Positions 40,981 to 51,343 of a stretch of DNA of 59,212 bases are shown one piece after another (position 1 is the first letter of the stretch; every line of letters starts with the position of its first letter). The notes under the pieces are model-generated. The model ran no database searches and was not told the origin of the DNA. It saw nothing but the letters and a program-made list of their open reading frames with translations. Origin of the DNA: Candidatus Nomurabacteria bacterium (GTDB taxonomy: Bacteria; Patescibacteriota; Minisyncoccia; Phycocordibacterales; UBA9973); the NCBI GenBank assembly GCA_016186435.1, contig JACPLQ010000001.1, positions 1 through 59,212 on the forward strand, read 5' to 3'. Position numbers and translations under genes: made by a program.

Positions 40981-41018
40981 GCAAATACGCCCTCCGACTT
41001 AGGTCGGAGGGCGTTTGC
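40981..41018 (+). terminator. rho-independent terminator
   Basis: acgccctccgac-ttag-gtcggagggcgt followed by ttgc. Confidence 0.6.
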
Positions 41019-41057
41019 ATTCAGCCCGCAAAATGCTATATTAAAAAAGAGCATATT

Positions 41058-42302
41058 ATGGCTTCATTTAGCGACATTACACTTTACATATTGGTCTTTT
41101 TATCTGTTTATGTGCAGGTTTTTTTCCTGATTACTTTTATTGAAAACAGAAAAAAAATTGTTACCAGAAAAGGTGGCATCAAGCTCCTAAATTATCCAGC
41201 TGTGACTATTGCCGTGCCCTCTTGGAACGAGAAAGATACAGTGGGTAAAACAGTAAACTCTGTACTAAACCTTAATTATCCTGAAGATAAAATTAAAATT
41301 TTCTTAATAGATGACGGATCTACCGATGGCACCATGGAAGAAATAAAAAAATTTGAAAAATATTCAAACGTAAAAATTTTTCAAAAGCAAAACGGCGGGA
41401 AACACACTGCTTTGAATCTGGCGCTGGAGAATCTGGAAACTGATTTCTTCGGATGTTTGGACGCAGATTCTGTGGCAGATCCTGAATCACTGGTTCGCAT
41501 CATGAGTTATTTTGAAAAAGACGCGAGTGTAATGGCGGTAGCTCCCTCTGTCACTGTATATGAGCCTAAAAACATTATTCAGTACGCCCAAAAAGCAGAA
41601 TACCATATGGGAGTTTACTTCAAAAAGATGCTTGGAATCCTGGGAGCTATCAATGTGACTCCCGGACCGCTGACTGTTTTTCGTAAAAAAGTATTTGATG
41701 ATCTCGGTCCATACAGGCATGGGCACAGCACGGAGGACATGGAAATAGCTTATAGAATGCAGAAAAATCTATATAAAATAGAGCACTGCAACGATGCTTA
41801 TGTATATACCAATACGCCGAAAACAGTGCGCAAACTCTATCGCCAGAGGCTCCGATGGATTTACGGCTTTATCAACAATACTATTGACTACCGCGATGTT
41901 TTATTTAAGAAAAAATACGGCAATTTCGCCACTTTTACATTGCCCATGGGAGTCGTTTCTATTTTCTCAGTGAGTTTTCTTTTCGGAAGGATTGCTTATA
42001 ATGCCGGTCAATTTATATATTCAAAATTCTTGCAGTTTTCAACTGTCGGTTTTGACTTTAGCGCAAGGAGCTTTAGTTTTGATCCGTTTTTTATAAACAC
42101 CAGATCTTTTGTTTTCTTAATCGTACTTATATACTTATTGGTGCTCTTCGCAATATTATTCGGTCAAAAAATGACAAAAGAAAAGAATATGTTTTCACTG
42201 CGTATATTGTATTTCTTTCCTGTGTTCGGCGTTATAGCTCCGATTTGGTTTTTGAAAGGTATTTATAATACTATTTTGGCCAGAAAGCCTTCTTGGAGAT
42301 AA
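41058..42302 (+). CDS. family 2 processive glycosyltransferase (PgaC/IcaA/cellulose-synthase-like)
   Basis: LIDDGSTDGT, DADS, and RQRLRWIYG (= QxxRW), plus N- and C-terminal TM segments. The track ORF starts at 40833, but that extension overlaps the previous gene and the terminator. Confidence 0.8.
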   Translation: MASFSDITLYILVFLSVYVQVFFLITFIENRKKIVTRKGGIKLLNYPAVTIAVPSWNEKDTVGKTVNSVLNLNYPEDKIKIFLIDDGSTDGTMEEIKKFEKYSNVKIFQKQNGGKHTALNLALENLETDFFGCLDADSVADPESLVRIMSYFEKDASVMAVAPSVTVYEPKNIIQYAQKAEYHMGVYFKKMLGILGAINVTPGPLTVFRKKVFDDLGPYRHGHSTEDMEIAYRMQKNLYKIEHCNDAYVYTNTPKTVRKLYRQRLRWIYGFINNTIDYRDVLFKKKYGNFATFTLPMGVVSIFSVSFLFGRIAYNAGQFIYSKFLQFSTVGFDFSARSFSFDPFFINTRSFVFLIVLIYLLVLFAILFGQKMTKEKNMFSLRILYFFPVFGVIAPIWFLKGIYNTILARKPSWR

Positions 42303-42334
42303 TACAATAAATTACGAATTAAGAATTACGAATT

Positions 42335-43018
42335 ATGAATTCAAATATTATAGATTGGAAAAAATACTTGGTTGTATTTTTAATAACAGTGGGCCTTTTC
42401 TTTACTGCAAGCTCCGTGAGCAATTATTTTGGAAATAAAAAAATTGATCAGCTGAAAAATATTCAGGATAAAATAGCTATTGATATCCTATCTTCTGAAA
42501 CGCAGTTCTCGCTTTTATCGGAGCTTTCCTGCAAGAATATTCCTGATTCTGTCTTTTCTCGTGAGCTTGGCGAACTGGGAAATAAATTGGAGTGGAGCCA
42601 GGATAACTTGGGCGATACAGCAGAAGTATCTTATTTAAAAAAATATTACTCGTTATTACAAATCAAAGATTATCTTTTGGCGAAAAAGATTTCTGAGCGT
42701 TGTAAAGTAAAATCCGCTTTTATACTTTATTTCTACACAACTGCCGAAAATTGCGCTCTCTGCAGAGAGGAAAGCCTGGTGCTTTCAAAACTCCGCGCTG
42801 AATACCCGGAGCTACGGGTATATTCTTTTGATTACAGCACCGATCTTTCGGCGGTAAAAGCTATGATTCAAATTTATAAAATAAAAGATACCGAGCTTCC
42901 GGCCTTGGTAATAGACGATGATGCGCTCACCGGATTCCACGACATAGAGGAACTGTCGGCTCTAGTGGAAGAGTCTTTTAAATTGAAAGTGGCAGAACCT
43001 GTAAAAGCCGATAGCTAA
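42335..43018 (+). CDS. hypothetical membrane-anchored protein with a CxxC (CALC) thioredoxin-like segment
   Basis: TM at the N-terminus. FYTTAENCALCREE. Confidence 0.45.
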   Translation: MNSNIIDWKKYLVVFLITVGLFFTASSVSNYFGNKKIDQLKNIQDKIAIDILSSETQFSLLSELSCKNIPDSVFSRELGELGNKLEWSQDNLGDTAEVSYLKKYYSLLQIKDYLLAKKISERCKVKSAFILYFYTTAENCALCREESLVLSKLRAEYPELRVYSFDYSTDLSAVKAMIQIYKIKDTELPALVIDDDALTGFHDIEELSALVEESFKLKVAEPVKADS

Positions 43019-43128
43019 AATATCTCCAAGAAAGTATAATATTGCCTGTAATGACTTCATTCTTGGGACGGCATTTGTGTCAGGTCTCATTGGTCGAATA
43101 AATTATTAGTATCTAACTATATAAATAT

Positions 43129-43380
43129 ATGGGTATCATTCTTTGGATTGTGTTTGGCGCATTGGTAGGCTGGATCGCTTCGCTTATTATGAAGACAGAT
43201 GCAGAGCAGGGAGCTATAATGAATATTGTTGTGGGCATCGTAGGAGCTGTTGTCGGGGGCTGGATTATGAGTATTTTCGGCGAAAGCGGGGTTACCGGCT
43301 TCAATATAAGCAGCTTCGTAGTCGCACTGCTCGGCGCTGTTGTGCTTATCTTCATTGTCAAAGCTCTGAGGCGCGCATAA
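43129..43380 (+). CDS. GlsB/YeaQ/YmgE family (transglycosylase-associated) membrane protein
   Basis: MGIILWIVFGALVGWIASLIM...GAVVGGWI pattern. Confidence 0.8.
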   Translation: MGIILWIVFGALVGWIASLIMKTDAEQGAIMNIVVGIVGAVVGGWIMSIFGESGVTGFNISSFVVALLGAVVLIFIVKALRRA

Positions 43381-43456
43381 TTATAAAATATGTTTTTAAC
43401 CAAAACCTAAAAAGACGGGCACTTAATTAAATGGCCGTCTTTTTGGGTTTTTCCGG

Positions 43457-43529
43457 AGCCGGCACGAGGGTTCGAACCCCGGACATCCACTTTACAAAAG
43501 TGGCGCTCTACCAACTGAGCTATGCCGGC
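43457..43529 (-). tRNA. tRNA-Thr(UGU)
   Basis: GCCGGCA acceptor, GCTC-AGTTGGTA-GAGC D arm, CCACT-TTTGTAA-AGTGG anticodon arm, CGGGG-TTCGAAC-CCTCG T arm. Confidence 0.9.
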
Positions 43530-43773
43530 AAATTATATTCTTTCTATTTCTTAAATAATTTCTCCCAAACCCTGTTTTTAATGCTTTCTCTCTTCCAACT
43601 GCTTTTTTCTTATCACAACAAGCTTCATAATACACTAATTCAAACGGACGTCTACTTTTTGTTATTTCCACCAATCCTTTGTTGTGTTCCTTTAAACGTT
43701 CTTTTAGATTAGAAGAAAACCCTATGTAAAGTTCGTTATCTTTTTTACTTTTTAAAATGTAAGTATAAAACAT
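43492..43773 (-). CDS. GIY-YIG (YhbQ/URI-like) nuclease-domain protein; the 3' end of the ORF reads through into the tRNA
   Basis: FYTYILKSKKDNELYIGFSSNLKERLKEHN...REKALK. The last ~12 codons overlap tRNA-Thr and are probably fortuitous. Confidence 0.75.
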   Translation of the reverse strand: MFYTYILKSKKDNELYIGFSSNLKERLKEHNKGLVEITKSRRPFELVYYEACCDKKKAVGREKALKTGFGRNYLRNRKNIICRHSSVGRAPLL

Positions 43774-43830
43774 AATTTTTCTCTGCCAACTCCTGCCCGC
43801 AATGCCTTCAGCATAGCTGATGCAGGCGGG

Positions 43831-43844
43831 GAGCTATGCCGGCA
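43831..43844. repeat. 14-nt duplicate of the tRNA-Thr 5' end (gagctatgccggca; original at 43517-43530)
   Basis: Exact direct repeat bracketing the GIY-YIG ORF. An inverted 8-mer gcatagct at 43811-43818 can pair with it. Confidence 0.8.
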
Positions 43845-43875
43845 CTGATAAACACTATACACTAGATTGCTGAGT

Positions 43876-44280
43876 TTACAAATTCTCTTCCTCTTTTACT
43901 TTTTCTTTTATCTTTCTGATCCTGCGCTTATATTGGCCCACCATTTTTAGAAATTTATTTGTTTCTCCTATTTCCACAATTTCTCCGTTAGCCGATTTCT
44001 TGGCGAGCATATCTTTTATTTTAACAAGCGCCTGCTGGTATACGCTTTGCATGAAGCTCGAAAATTTAACATATAATCTTATTGCTGCCACAAGGATTAT
44101 AAATCCAAGCTTTTTGATGTTTCTTACAGCAGATATTTTCAGTTCTTCAAAATAATGTTCATTCAGTACAGTATGCCTTTCTTCAAAAACATATCCGTTT
44201 CGGATTAAAACTAATTTTCTGCCGATCATAAAAATGATCCCGAGAATAGAAATAAAAAATAAAGTTAAAATAATATACAT
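43876..44280 (-). CDS. hypothetical membrane protein
   Basis: Two predicted TM helices. No motif recognised. Confidence 0.45.
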   Translation of the reverse strand: MYIILTLFFISILGIIFMIGRKLVLIRNGYVFEERHTVLNEHYFEELKISAVRNIKKLGFIILVAAIRLYVKFSSFMQSVYQQALVKIKDMLAKKSANGEIVEIGETNKFLKMVGQYKRRIRKIKEKVKEEENL

Positions 44281-44285
44281 GGCGC

Positions 44286-45074
44286 TTATATGGAATAACG
44301 TTTTACCTCTTTTATCTTAGCTCCCGAGGAATCCAAGAGCTTGCCTACTGTCATATTACCATCTTTTATGAAAGGCTGATCCGAAAGAGTTTTTTCTTTG
44401 AAATACGCCGCCATCTTGCCGTCAAGCATCTTTTTCTTTATTTCCTCCGGCTTGTTTATGCCTGCCATTTCTTTTTCAAATACTTCCCGCATGGTTTTTT
44501 TTGCATCCTCGCTTACTTCATTTGCGTAAATATATTCCGGCTTCATGGCAGCTATGTGCATGGCAATATCGCGGGCGAGTTCCGGATTTCCATCTTTCAA
44601 AGACACTATAACTCCTATTTTATTATTGTGCAGGTAGCTTTCTAAAACATCTCCAGTAACCTCATAAACCTCGCCAAGCTGGATGTTTTCTCCTGTTTTT
44701 TGAATTACCGGATCTATCATGTCTTTTGCGCCAGCTTTCATTTTTTCGATCCCATTATTAAATGCTTCTTCAGTGAGCTTGTTTAATAGATTAGTGAAAT
44801 CTTCATTTCTTGCTACGAAATCAGTCTCGCACAAGAGAGCTACTAGAACAGCCTTTTTGCCATCAGATTTGATGGCTACTCTGCCGTCTTTTACTTCTCG
44901 GTCGCCTTTTTTAAGCGCTATATCGGAACTGGTTTTCTTGAGTATAGCGAGAGCTTTTTTCATGTCGCCTTCGGCTTCTTCCAGCGCGCGCTTGCATTGC
45001 ATCACGGAAATGCCAGTGCTATCTCTTAATTCTTTAATCTGTTTGGTTGTTATTTGTGTTGACATAAGTTTCAA
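44286..45074 (-). CDS. tsf: elongation factor Ts
   Basis: UBA-like N-terminus IKELRDSTGISVMQCKRALEEAEGDMKKALAILKK, in rpsB-tsf synteny. Confidence 0.93.
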   Translation of the reverse strand: MKLMSTQITTKQIKELRDSTGISVMQCKRALEEAEGDMKKALAILKKTSSDIALKKGDREVKDGRVAIKSDGKKAVLVALLCETDFVARNEDFTNLLNKLTEEAFNNGIEKMKAGAKDMIDPVIQKTGENIQLGEVYEVTGDVLESYLHNNKIGVIVSLKDGNPELARDIAMHIAAMKPEYIYANEVSEDAKKTMREVFEKEMAGINKPEEIKKKMLDGKMAAYFKEKTLSDQPFIKDGNMTVGKLLDSSGAKIKEVKRYSI

Positions 45075-45086
45075 TTATCAATTCAA

Positions 45087-45118
45087 AATTACGAATTTCA
45101 AATTATTAATTCGTAATT
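45087..45118. repeat. AT-rich hairpin aattacgaatt-10 nt-aattcgtaatt in the rpsB-tsf spacer
   Basis: 11-bp arms. The same 12-mer aattacgaatta occurs twice in tandem at 42310-42335. Confidence 0.7.
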
Positions 45119-45126
45119 GTTAATTC

Positions 45127-45852
45127 TTAATTTTTGCCTGCTTGTCCCTCCTTGTAAGCATGAGCTACGGCCGCTGCGAAGAATTTAATTGAAGGTATGC
45201 CGGAGTCGTTTGCTATGACAGGGAAGTCAATTCCTTTTATGTTTGAATCAGAATTTACGAGAGCAATGACTGGAGTTCCGGACTTTCGGGCTTCAGTAGC
45301 CGCGATATGTTCGCTTCGGGCATCTACGATAAAGAGCGCATCCGGAGTTTTTTTTAATCCAAGGAGGCCGGTATAATATCGAGCTAATTTTTCCATCTTC
45401 TTGGCCATAACCACTCTTTCTTTTTTGGTGTATTTGTCCAGTCCGCCGGAAGCAGTGTCTTTTTGATAATTCTCTAATTCCATAATTCTTTTCTTTATTT
45501 CTGTGAAGTTTGAAAGAGTGCCGCCGATCCACCGCTCCATTACGTAAGGCATAGACAGAGATTCTGCGATATTTTTAGTTACAACCTTCGCTTCCGGCTT
45601 TGTGCCGACAAAGAGCACAGTCTTGTTCTGAGCCCCTAGGTTTTTTATAAAAAGAACGGCTTCATCTAAAAGCTTGCTTGTTTTTTCAAGATTTATTATG
45701 TCTCCTTTGTTTTTGGTAGCATAAATATATTTAGAAACAGAAGGATGCCTTCGTGTTTTTGAGTAGCCATACTGGGCCCCGGCTTGGAACATTGCCTCTA
45801 TAATTTTGTCGTTATCTGTCTTATTTACGGTTGCTGTTTTAACTTTTTGCAT
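45127..45852 (-). CDS. rpsB: 30S ribosomal protein S2
   Basis: MFQAGAQYGYSKTRRHPS..., VLFVGTK, IPVIALVNSDSN. Confidence 0.95.
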   Translation of the reverse strand: MQKVKTATVNKTDNDKIIEAMFQAGAQYGYSKTRRHPSVSKYIYATKNKGDIINLEKTSKLLDEAVLFIKNLGAQNKTVLFVGTKPEAKVVTKNIAESLSMPYVMERWIGGTLSNFTEIKKRIMELENYQKDTASGGLDKYTKKERVVMAKKMEKLARYYTGLLGLKKTPDALFIVDARSEHIAATEARKSGTPVIALVNSDSNIKGIDFPVIANDSGIPSIKFFAAAVAHAYKEGQAGKN

Positions 45853-45958
45853 AGGAACAATATATCAGAAAGCTGCATCTTTTGCAAATCTTCTGATTAT
45901 AAATTAATTCCGGATAGCTATTTCCCAATAATTACGCATATGCTAGAATATTAGATGT

Positions 45959-46558
45959 ATGTATGCGAACAAAAATAGTTACTTGAAGCAATTAAAAGAT
46001 TTCTTAAATTCCAATACGCCCAAGGCCAAAATTGCGAATATTGTTTTGTGTGCCCTAGCGGTTGCTTCAATTCCTGTGCTTGTGCTGGGGGCTGGAGCTA
46101 TGGGTAACGCAGTGCAAATTTTCAGGGGCTCCAAGAAATATTCCAAAAAACAAATTAGCAGTGCGGTTTATAGCATCAAGCGTCAAAAACTTATAGAGTA
46201 CGTCTGTGACAGCAACGGAAAAACGACAGTCAAAATTACTAAAAAGGGAGAAACAAGACTAAGAGCTTTTGCGATTGATCTGATGGAAATAAAAAAGCCA
46301 AATAAATGGGACGGCAAATGGAGGCTAGTTATGTTTGATATCCCTATGAGGTTTACAAAAGGCAGGGAAGCCCTGCGGTATCATTTAAAAGAACTAGGTT
46401 TTTATCAATTTCAAAAATCGGCTTGGATCTATCCTTATCCATGCGAGGATGAAATAATCTTTATTGCTGACTTCTTCGGAGTTGGGAAGTGCATAGAGAT
46501 TTTAACCGTAGAGAGTATTTTAAGAGATGAACATCTAAAGAAACATTTCCGCATATAA
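45959..46558 (+). CDS. PaaX-C-terminal-like (Cas2-fold-like) protein with an N-terminal TM helix
   Basis: WDGKWRLVMFDIPMRFTKGREALRYHLKELGFYQFQKSAWIYP pattern. Confidence 0.5.
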   Translation: MYANKNSYLKQLKDFLNSNTPKAKIANIVLCALAVASIPVLVLGAGAMGNAVQIFRGSKKYSKKQISSAVYSIKRQKLIEYVCDSNGKTTVKITKKGETRLRAFAIDLMEIKKPNKWDGKWRLVMFDIPMRFTKGREALRYHLKELGFYQFQKSAWIYPYPCEDEIIFIADFFGVGKCIEILTVESILRDEHLKKHFRI

Positions 46559-46686
46559 TTTTCTTAAGATTTTAGCATATGCTAGAAAACTGGGAAACTG
46601 GCTAGGAGAATTTAGATCAATAAGTCCACTATTCCGCTTTGACCAAAGCGCTTTTTTCGGGTAGTATGAGCAGTATGACTAACAGT

Positions 46687-47934
46687 ATGAGACAATCTAA
46701 ACTTTTTACTAAAACAAGAAAAGAAGCTCCTTCAGACGAGGTTTCTAAAAATGCAGAACTTCTGATAAGAGGCGGTTTTATTCATAAAGAAATGGCTGGT
46801 GTTTATTCCTATCTGCCGCTCGGGCTCAAGGTGCTCCGCAAAATCGAGAACATAGTCCGCGAAGAAATGAATAAGGCGGGCGGGCAGGAGATTCTCATGT
46901 CGGCATTTCAACCCAAAGAAAACTGGGAGAAGACCGGGCGTTGGGATGGTCTGGATGTTTTATACAAAGTTTCTGATTCTCAGGGCCGGGAAGTGGCGCT
47001 TGGTCCGACGCATGAAGAGATAGTAGTACCGATACTAAAAAATTATCTGACCTCTTACAAAGACCTGCCCAAAGCTCTCTATCAGATACAGGACAAATTT
47101 CGAATGGAACTACGCCCTAAGTCCGGTATTTTGCGGGGCAGAGAATTTCTGATGAAAGACATGTATTCTTTCCATGCCTCGCAGGAAGATTTTGAGAAAT
47201 TTTACGAACAGATGGAGGGTGTTTACAAAACCTTATTTGAGCGTGTCGGCATCGGGCATATCACTTATCTTACATTTGCTTCCGGCGGAACTTTTTCAAA
47301 ATATTCGCATGAGTTCCAAACAATAACCTCGGCCGGAGAAGATACTATATATGTGGACGAAGGAAGCGGCATTGCGATTAACAAAGAAGTCATGAGTGAC
47401 GAGGTTTTGAGTCAGCTCAATATGGTGAAAGAAAATTTGGTTGAGCGCAAGGCTATCGAGGTTGGGAATATTTTTGACTTAAAAACAAAATATTCCGCGC
47501 CTTTTGACTTGTCTTACACGGACGACAAAGGAGAAAAACATCCTGTAGTAATGGGCTGTTATGGCATAGGACTTGGGCGCCTGATGGGAACAGTTGTGGA
47601 AGCCTTGGCTGACGACAAGGGTATAGCTTGGCCCGAAACTATCGCGCCGTTTAAACTTCATTTACTTTCTTTAGGGGAAGACGCTGAAGTTTTGAAAGAA
47701 GCTGAAAAAGTTTACGAAAGCTTGGAAGAAGCGGGGATTGAAGTTTTGTTTGATGATCGCGCTGGTTTGTCCGCGGGGGAAAAGTTTTCAGATGCAGACC
47801 TGCTTGGTATGCCATACCGAGCTGTGGTATCCGCGCGAAGCATGAAAGAACACGGCATAGAATTAAAAAAACGCATTGAAGACAAAGGCAAAATTGTAAC
47901 ACTAGAAGAATTGATAAAAAAACTTGTCCCGTAG
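46687..47934 (+). CDS. proS: proline--tRNA ligase (short form without the INS editing domain)
   Basis: MRQSKLFTKTRKE..., class II motifs (FRMELRPKSGILRGREFLMKD, GCYGIGLGRLMG). The track ORF starts at 46639. Confidence 0.9.
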   Translation: MRQSKLFTKTRKEAPSDEVSKNAELLIRGGFIHKEMAGVYSYLPLGLKVLRKIENIVREEMNKAGGQEILMSAFQPKENWEKTGRWDGLDVLYKVSDSQGREVALGPTHEEIVVPILKNYLTSYKDLPKALYQIQDKFRMELRPKSGILRGREFLMKDMYSFHASQEDFEKFYEQMEGVYKTLFERVGIGHITYLTFASGGTFSKYSHEFQTITSAGEDTIYVDEGSGIAINKEVMSDEVLSQLNMVKENLVERKAIEVGNIFDLKTKYSAPFDLSYTDDKGEKHPVVMGCYGIGLGRLMGTVVEALADDKGIAWPETIAPFKLHLLSLGEDAEVLKEAEKVYESLEEAGIEVLFDDRAGLSAGEKFSDADLLGMPYRAVVSARSMKEHGIELKKRIEDKGKIVTLEELIKKLVP

Positions 47935-47994
47935 TAAATTTTTGATTACTAGGAACAACCGTTAAAGATTATTATTTAAAATTTTACTACTGGG

Positions 47995-49041
47995 ATGCTT
48001 GAAAAATTCTATAAATTAATTTCAAATGACATCGGCATAGACTTGGGCACCTCCAATACTCTGGTTTATTTAAAGGGGCATGGGATCGTCATCAACGAGC
48101 CTTCAGTCGTAGCTGTAAACACAAAGACAAGCCAAATTCTCGCTGTCGGCACGCAGGCAAAAGAAATGCTCGGGCGCACCCCGGGACACATCAAAGCTAT
48201 ACGTCCGCTTGTAGATGGTGTGATATCGGATTTTGAAGTAACCGAAGAAATGCTTTCTTACCTTATTAGCAAAACGGATAAAATTTCCAAAAAGCTTGCG
48301 CGCCCGCGCGTCGTTGTCGGTGTGCCTTCCGGCACTACGAATGTGGAGACGCGCGCTGTATACGATGCCGCTCGTTCTGCCGGAGCAAGAGAAGTTTTCC
48401 TTGTGGAAGAGCCGATGGCGGCCGCTATCGGTATACGCCTGCCTATTAAAGATCCCATCGGCTCTATGATCATAGATATCGGCGGAGGGACCACGGATAT
48501 CGCCGTAATTTCTCTCGGAGGAATTGTAAAGTCGCGAAATTTAAAGATAGCGGGAGACAGGCTCAACAACGATATCATTTCCTACATGCGCGATGAATTT
48601 AAAATTCTTATCGGAGAACGCACGGCAGAAATGGTAAAAATCGCCATTGGCTCCGCGCTTCCCGGAGAATACATGGAAACAGAGGTTCATGGGCGCGATC
48701 TTTTAACCGGATTGCCGAGAGAAGTGGTAGTCACAGATTCTGATATCAGAGAAGCTATATCCCTATCTATTAAAGGCTTGGTGGAAGGAGTTAAAGATAT
48801 GCTGGAATCTACTCCTCCGGAGATACTCTCGGATATAATGCACCGTGGAATTACTCTCTCCGGCGGGGGCGCGCTTCTCCCGGGGCTCGGAGAGCTTTTG
48901 CAAAATGTTTTAAAGATCCCCATTTATGTGGTAGAAGATCCGCTTTCGGCTGTGGCTCGCGGTACGGGAGTGATATTAGACGACATGGAATTTTATAAAG
49001 AAGTTTTGATCGGCAACCAAGATGAGCTACCTCCAAGATAA
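47995..49041 (+). CDS. mreB: rod-shape protein MreB
   Basis: IGIDLGTSNTLVY, actin-fold motifs. Confidence 0.95.
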   Translation: MLEKFYKLISNDIGIDLGTSNTLVYLKGHGIVINEPSVVAVNTKTSQILAVGTQAKEMLGRTPGHIKAIRPLVDGVISDFEVTEEMLSYLISKTDKISKKLARPRVVVGVPSGTTNVETRAVYDAARSAGAREVFLVEEPMAAAIGIRLPIKDPIGSMIIDIGGGTTDIAVISLGGIVKSRNLKIAGDRLNNDIISYMRDEFKILIGERTAEMVKIAIGSALPGEYMETEVHGRDLLTGLPREVVVTDSDIREAISLSIKGLVEGVKDMLESTPPEILSDIMHRGITLSGGGALLPGLGELLQNVLKIPIYVVEDPLSAVARGTGVILDDMEFYKEVLIGNQDELPPR

Positions 49042-49819
49042 AAGCAAGAGAAGAAAAAGGAATTGGATTGTCTTAGCTGGCGTTCTGGTTTTCATAATTT
49101 TTTTCTATTTTAGAGCTGGAATCTGGAGCGGGCTTTCTTATGCAAGCGGAGAAATTTTTCGGCCTATTTTGGCTTTAGGAAATAATGCTGGAGTAAAATT
49201 TAAAAATTTCAGCGCGTATTTTTCTTCTAAAAGATCTCTTGAAAATGAAAATGAAATTCTGCTTTCAAAGCTGGCAGACGCAGAATCCAGAATGCTTAAT
49301 TATGATTTACTTAATGCAGAAAACGAAAGTTTGAAAGAAATTTTAGGACGCCAAAAAGAGGATGCTAAAATGGTGCTAGGAGCGATTTTATCCAAGCCAA
49401 ATCAGAGCGCTTATGACACTTTGCTTATAGATGCCGGAGAAAATGAAGGAATAAAAACAGGAGATATTGTTTTTGCCCTCGGGGATATTCCCGTTGGACG
49501 GGTGGGAGCCGTCACTCCAAACTCTTCAAAAATAATTTTATTTTCAAGCGCGGGAGAAAAAACTCAGGCGCTAATTTCTGGAAATGAGATTTTTTATGAA
49601 TTAGTCGGGCGCGGCGGAGGAAATTTTGAAATGGTTTTGCCGAGAGATATTGCGCTTACCAAAGGCGACAAGGCAGTGATGCCGGGGCTTTATCCATACG
49701 TGCTTGCAGAAGTTGAAACTACAATTTCTGATCCGCGGGATCCCTTTACTAAAGCGCTTTTTGTAAGTCCGGTAAATATACAGGAGCTTAAATTTGTGGA
49801 AGTTGCGACCTCTCCCTAG
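49022..49819 (+). CDS. mreC: rod-shape protein MreC
   Basis: Position after mreB, N-terminal TM plus coiled coil, and a G..V....G.VG.V motif. Confidence 0.8.
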   Translation: MSYLQDKSKRRKRNWIVLAGVLVFIIFFYFRAGIWSGLSYASGEIFRPILALGNNAGVKFKNFSAYFSSKRSLENENEILLSKLADAESRMLNYDLLNAENESLKEILGRQKEDAKMVLGAILSKPNQSAYDTLLIDAGENEGIKTGDIVFALGDIPVGRVGAVTPNSSKIILFSSAGEKTQALISGNEIFYELVGRGGGNFEMVLPRDIALTKGDKAVMPGLYPYVLAEVETTISDPRDPFTKALFVSPVNIQELKFVEVATSP

Positions 49820-51225
<1,406 letters not shown>

Positions 51226-51280
51226 GGCCTGTCCGCCTTTGGAGGAGGATTTAGGGGTTGTATTTTTCTCGGATATTGCT

Positions 51281-51327
51281 ATACCCCCACACTTATTTTT
51301 TTTGACTTATAATAAGTGTGGGGGTAT
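51281..51327. repeat. perfect 17-bp inverted repeat between tgt and the decarboxylase gene, with -35/-10-like hexamers in its loop
   Basis: atacccccacacttatt-ttttttgacttat-aataagtgtgggggtat. Confidence 0.8.
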
Positions 51328-51343
51328 ACTGGTTTTTAATTCA

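Noticed and set aside
40833-41057. 75-codon N-terminal extension of the glycosyltransferase ORF
   Set aside because: It overlaps the DUF378 gene and a strong terminator. The Met at 41058 is followed at once by the expected TM helix.
45935-46590. Palindrome tagcatatgcta at 46572-46583 and a related copy at 45937-45948 as operator sites for the PaaX-like protein
   Set aside because: The motif coincides with the genome-typical extended -10 promoter (aTGCTAGAAt) seen at many genes, so the palindromy is most simply promoter sequence.
46587-46686. T-box or attenuator upstream of proS (hairpin cgctttg/caaagcg plus a T-run just before the ATG; three AGTATGA repeats)
   Set aside because: The leader is only about 100 nt, there is no specifier or T-box sequence, and the stem is short. 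It is probably a weak terminator or chance.
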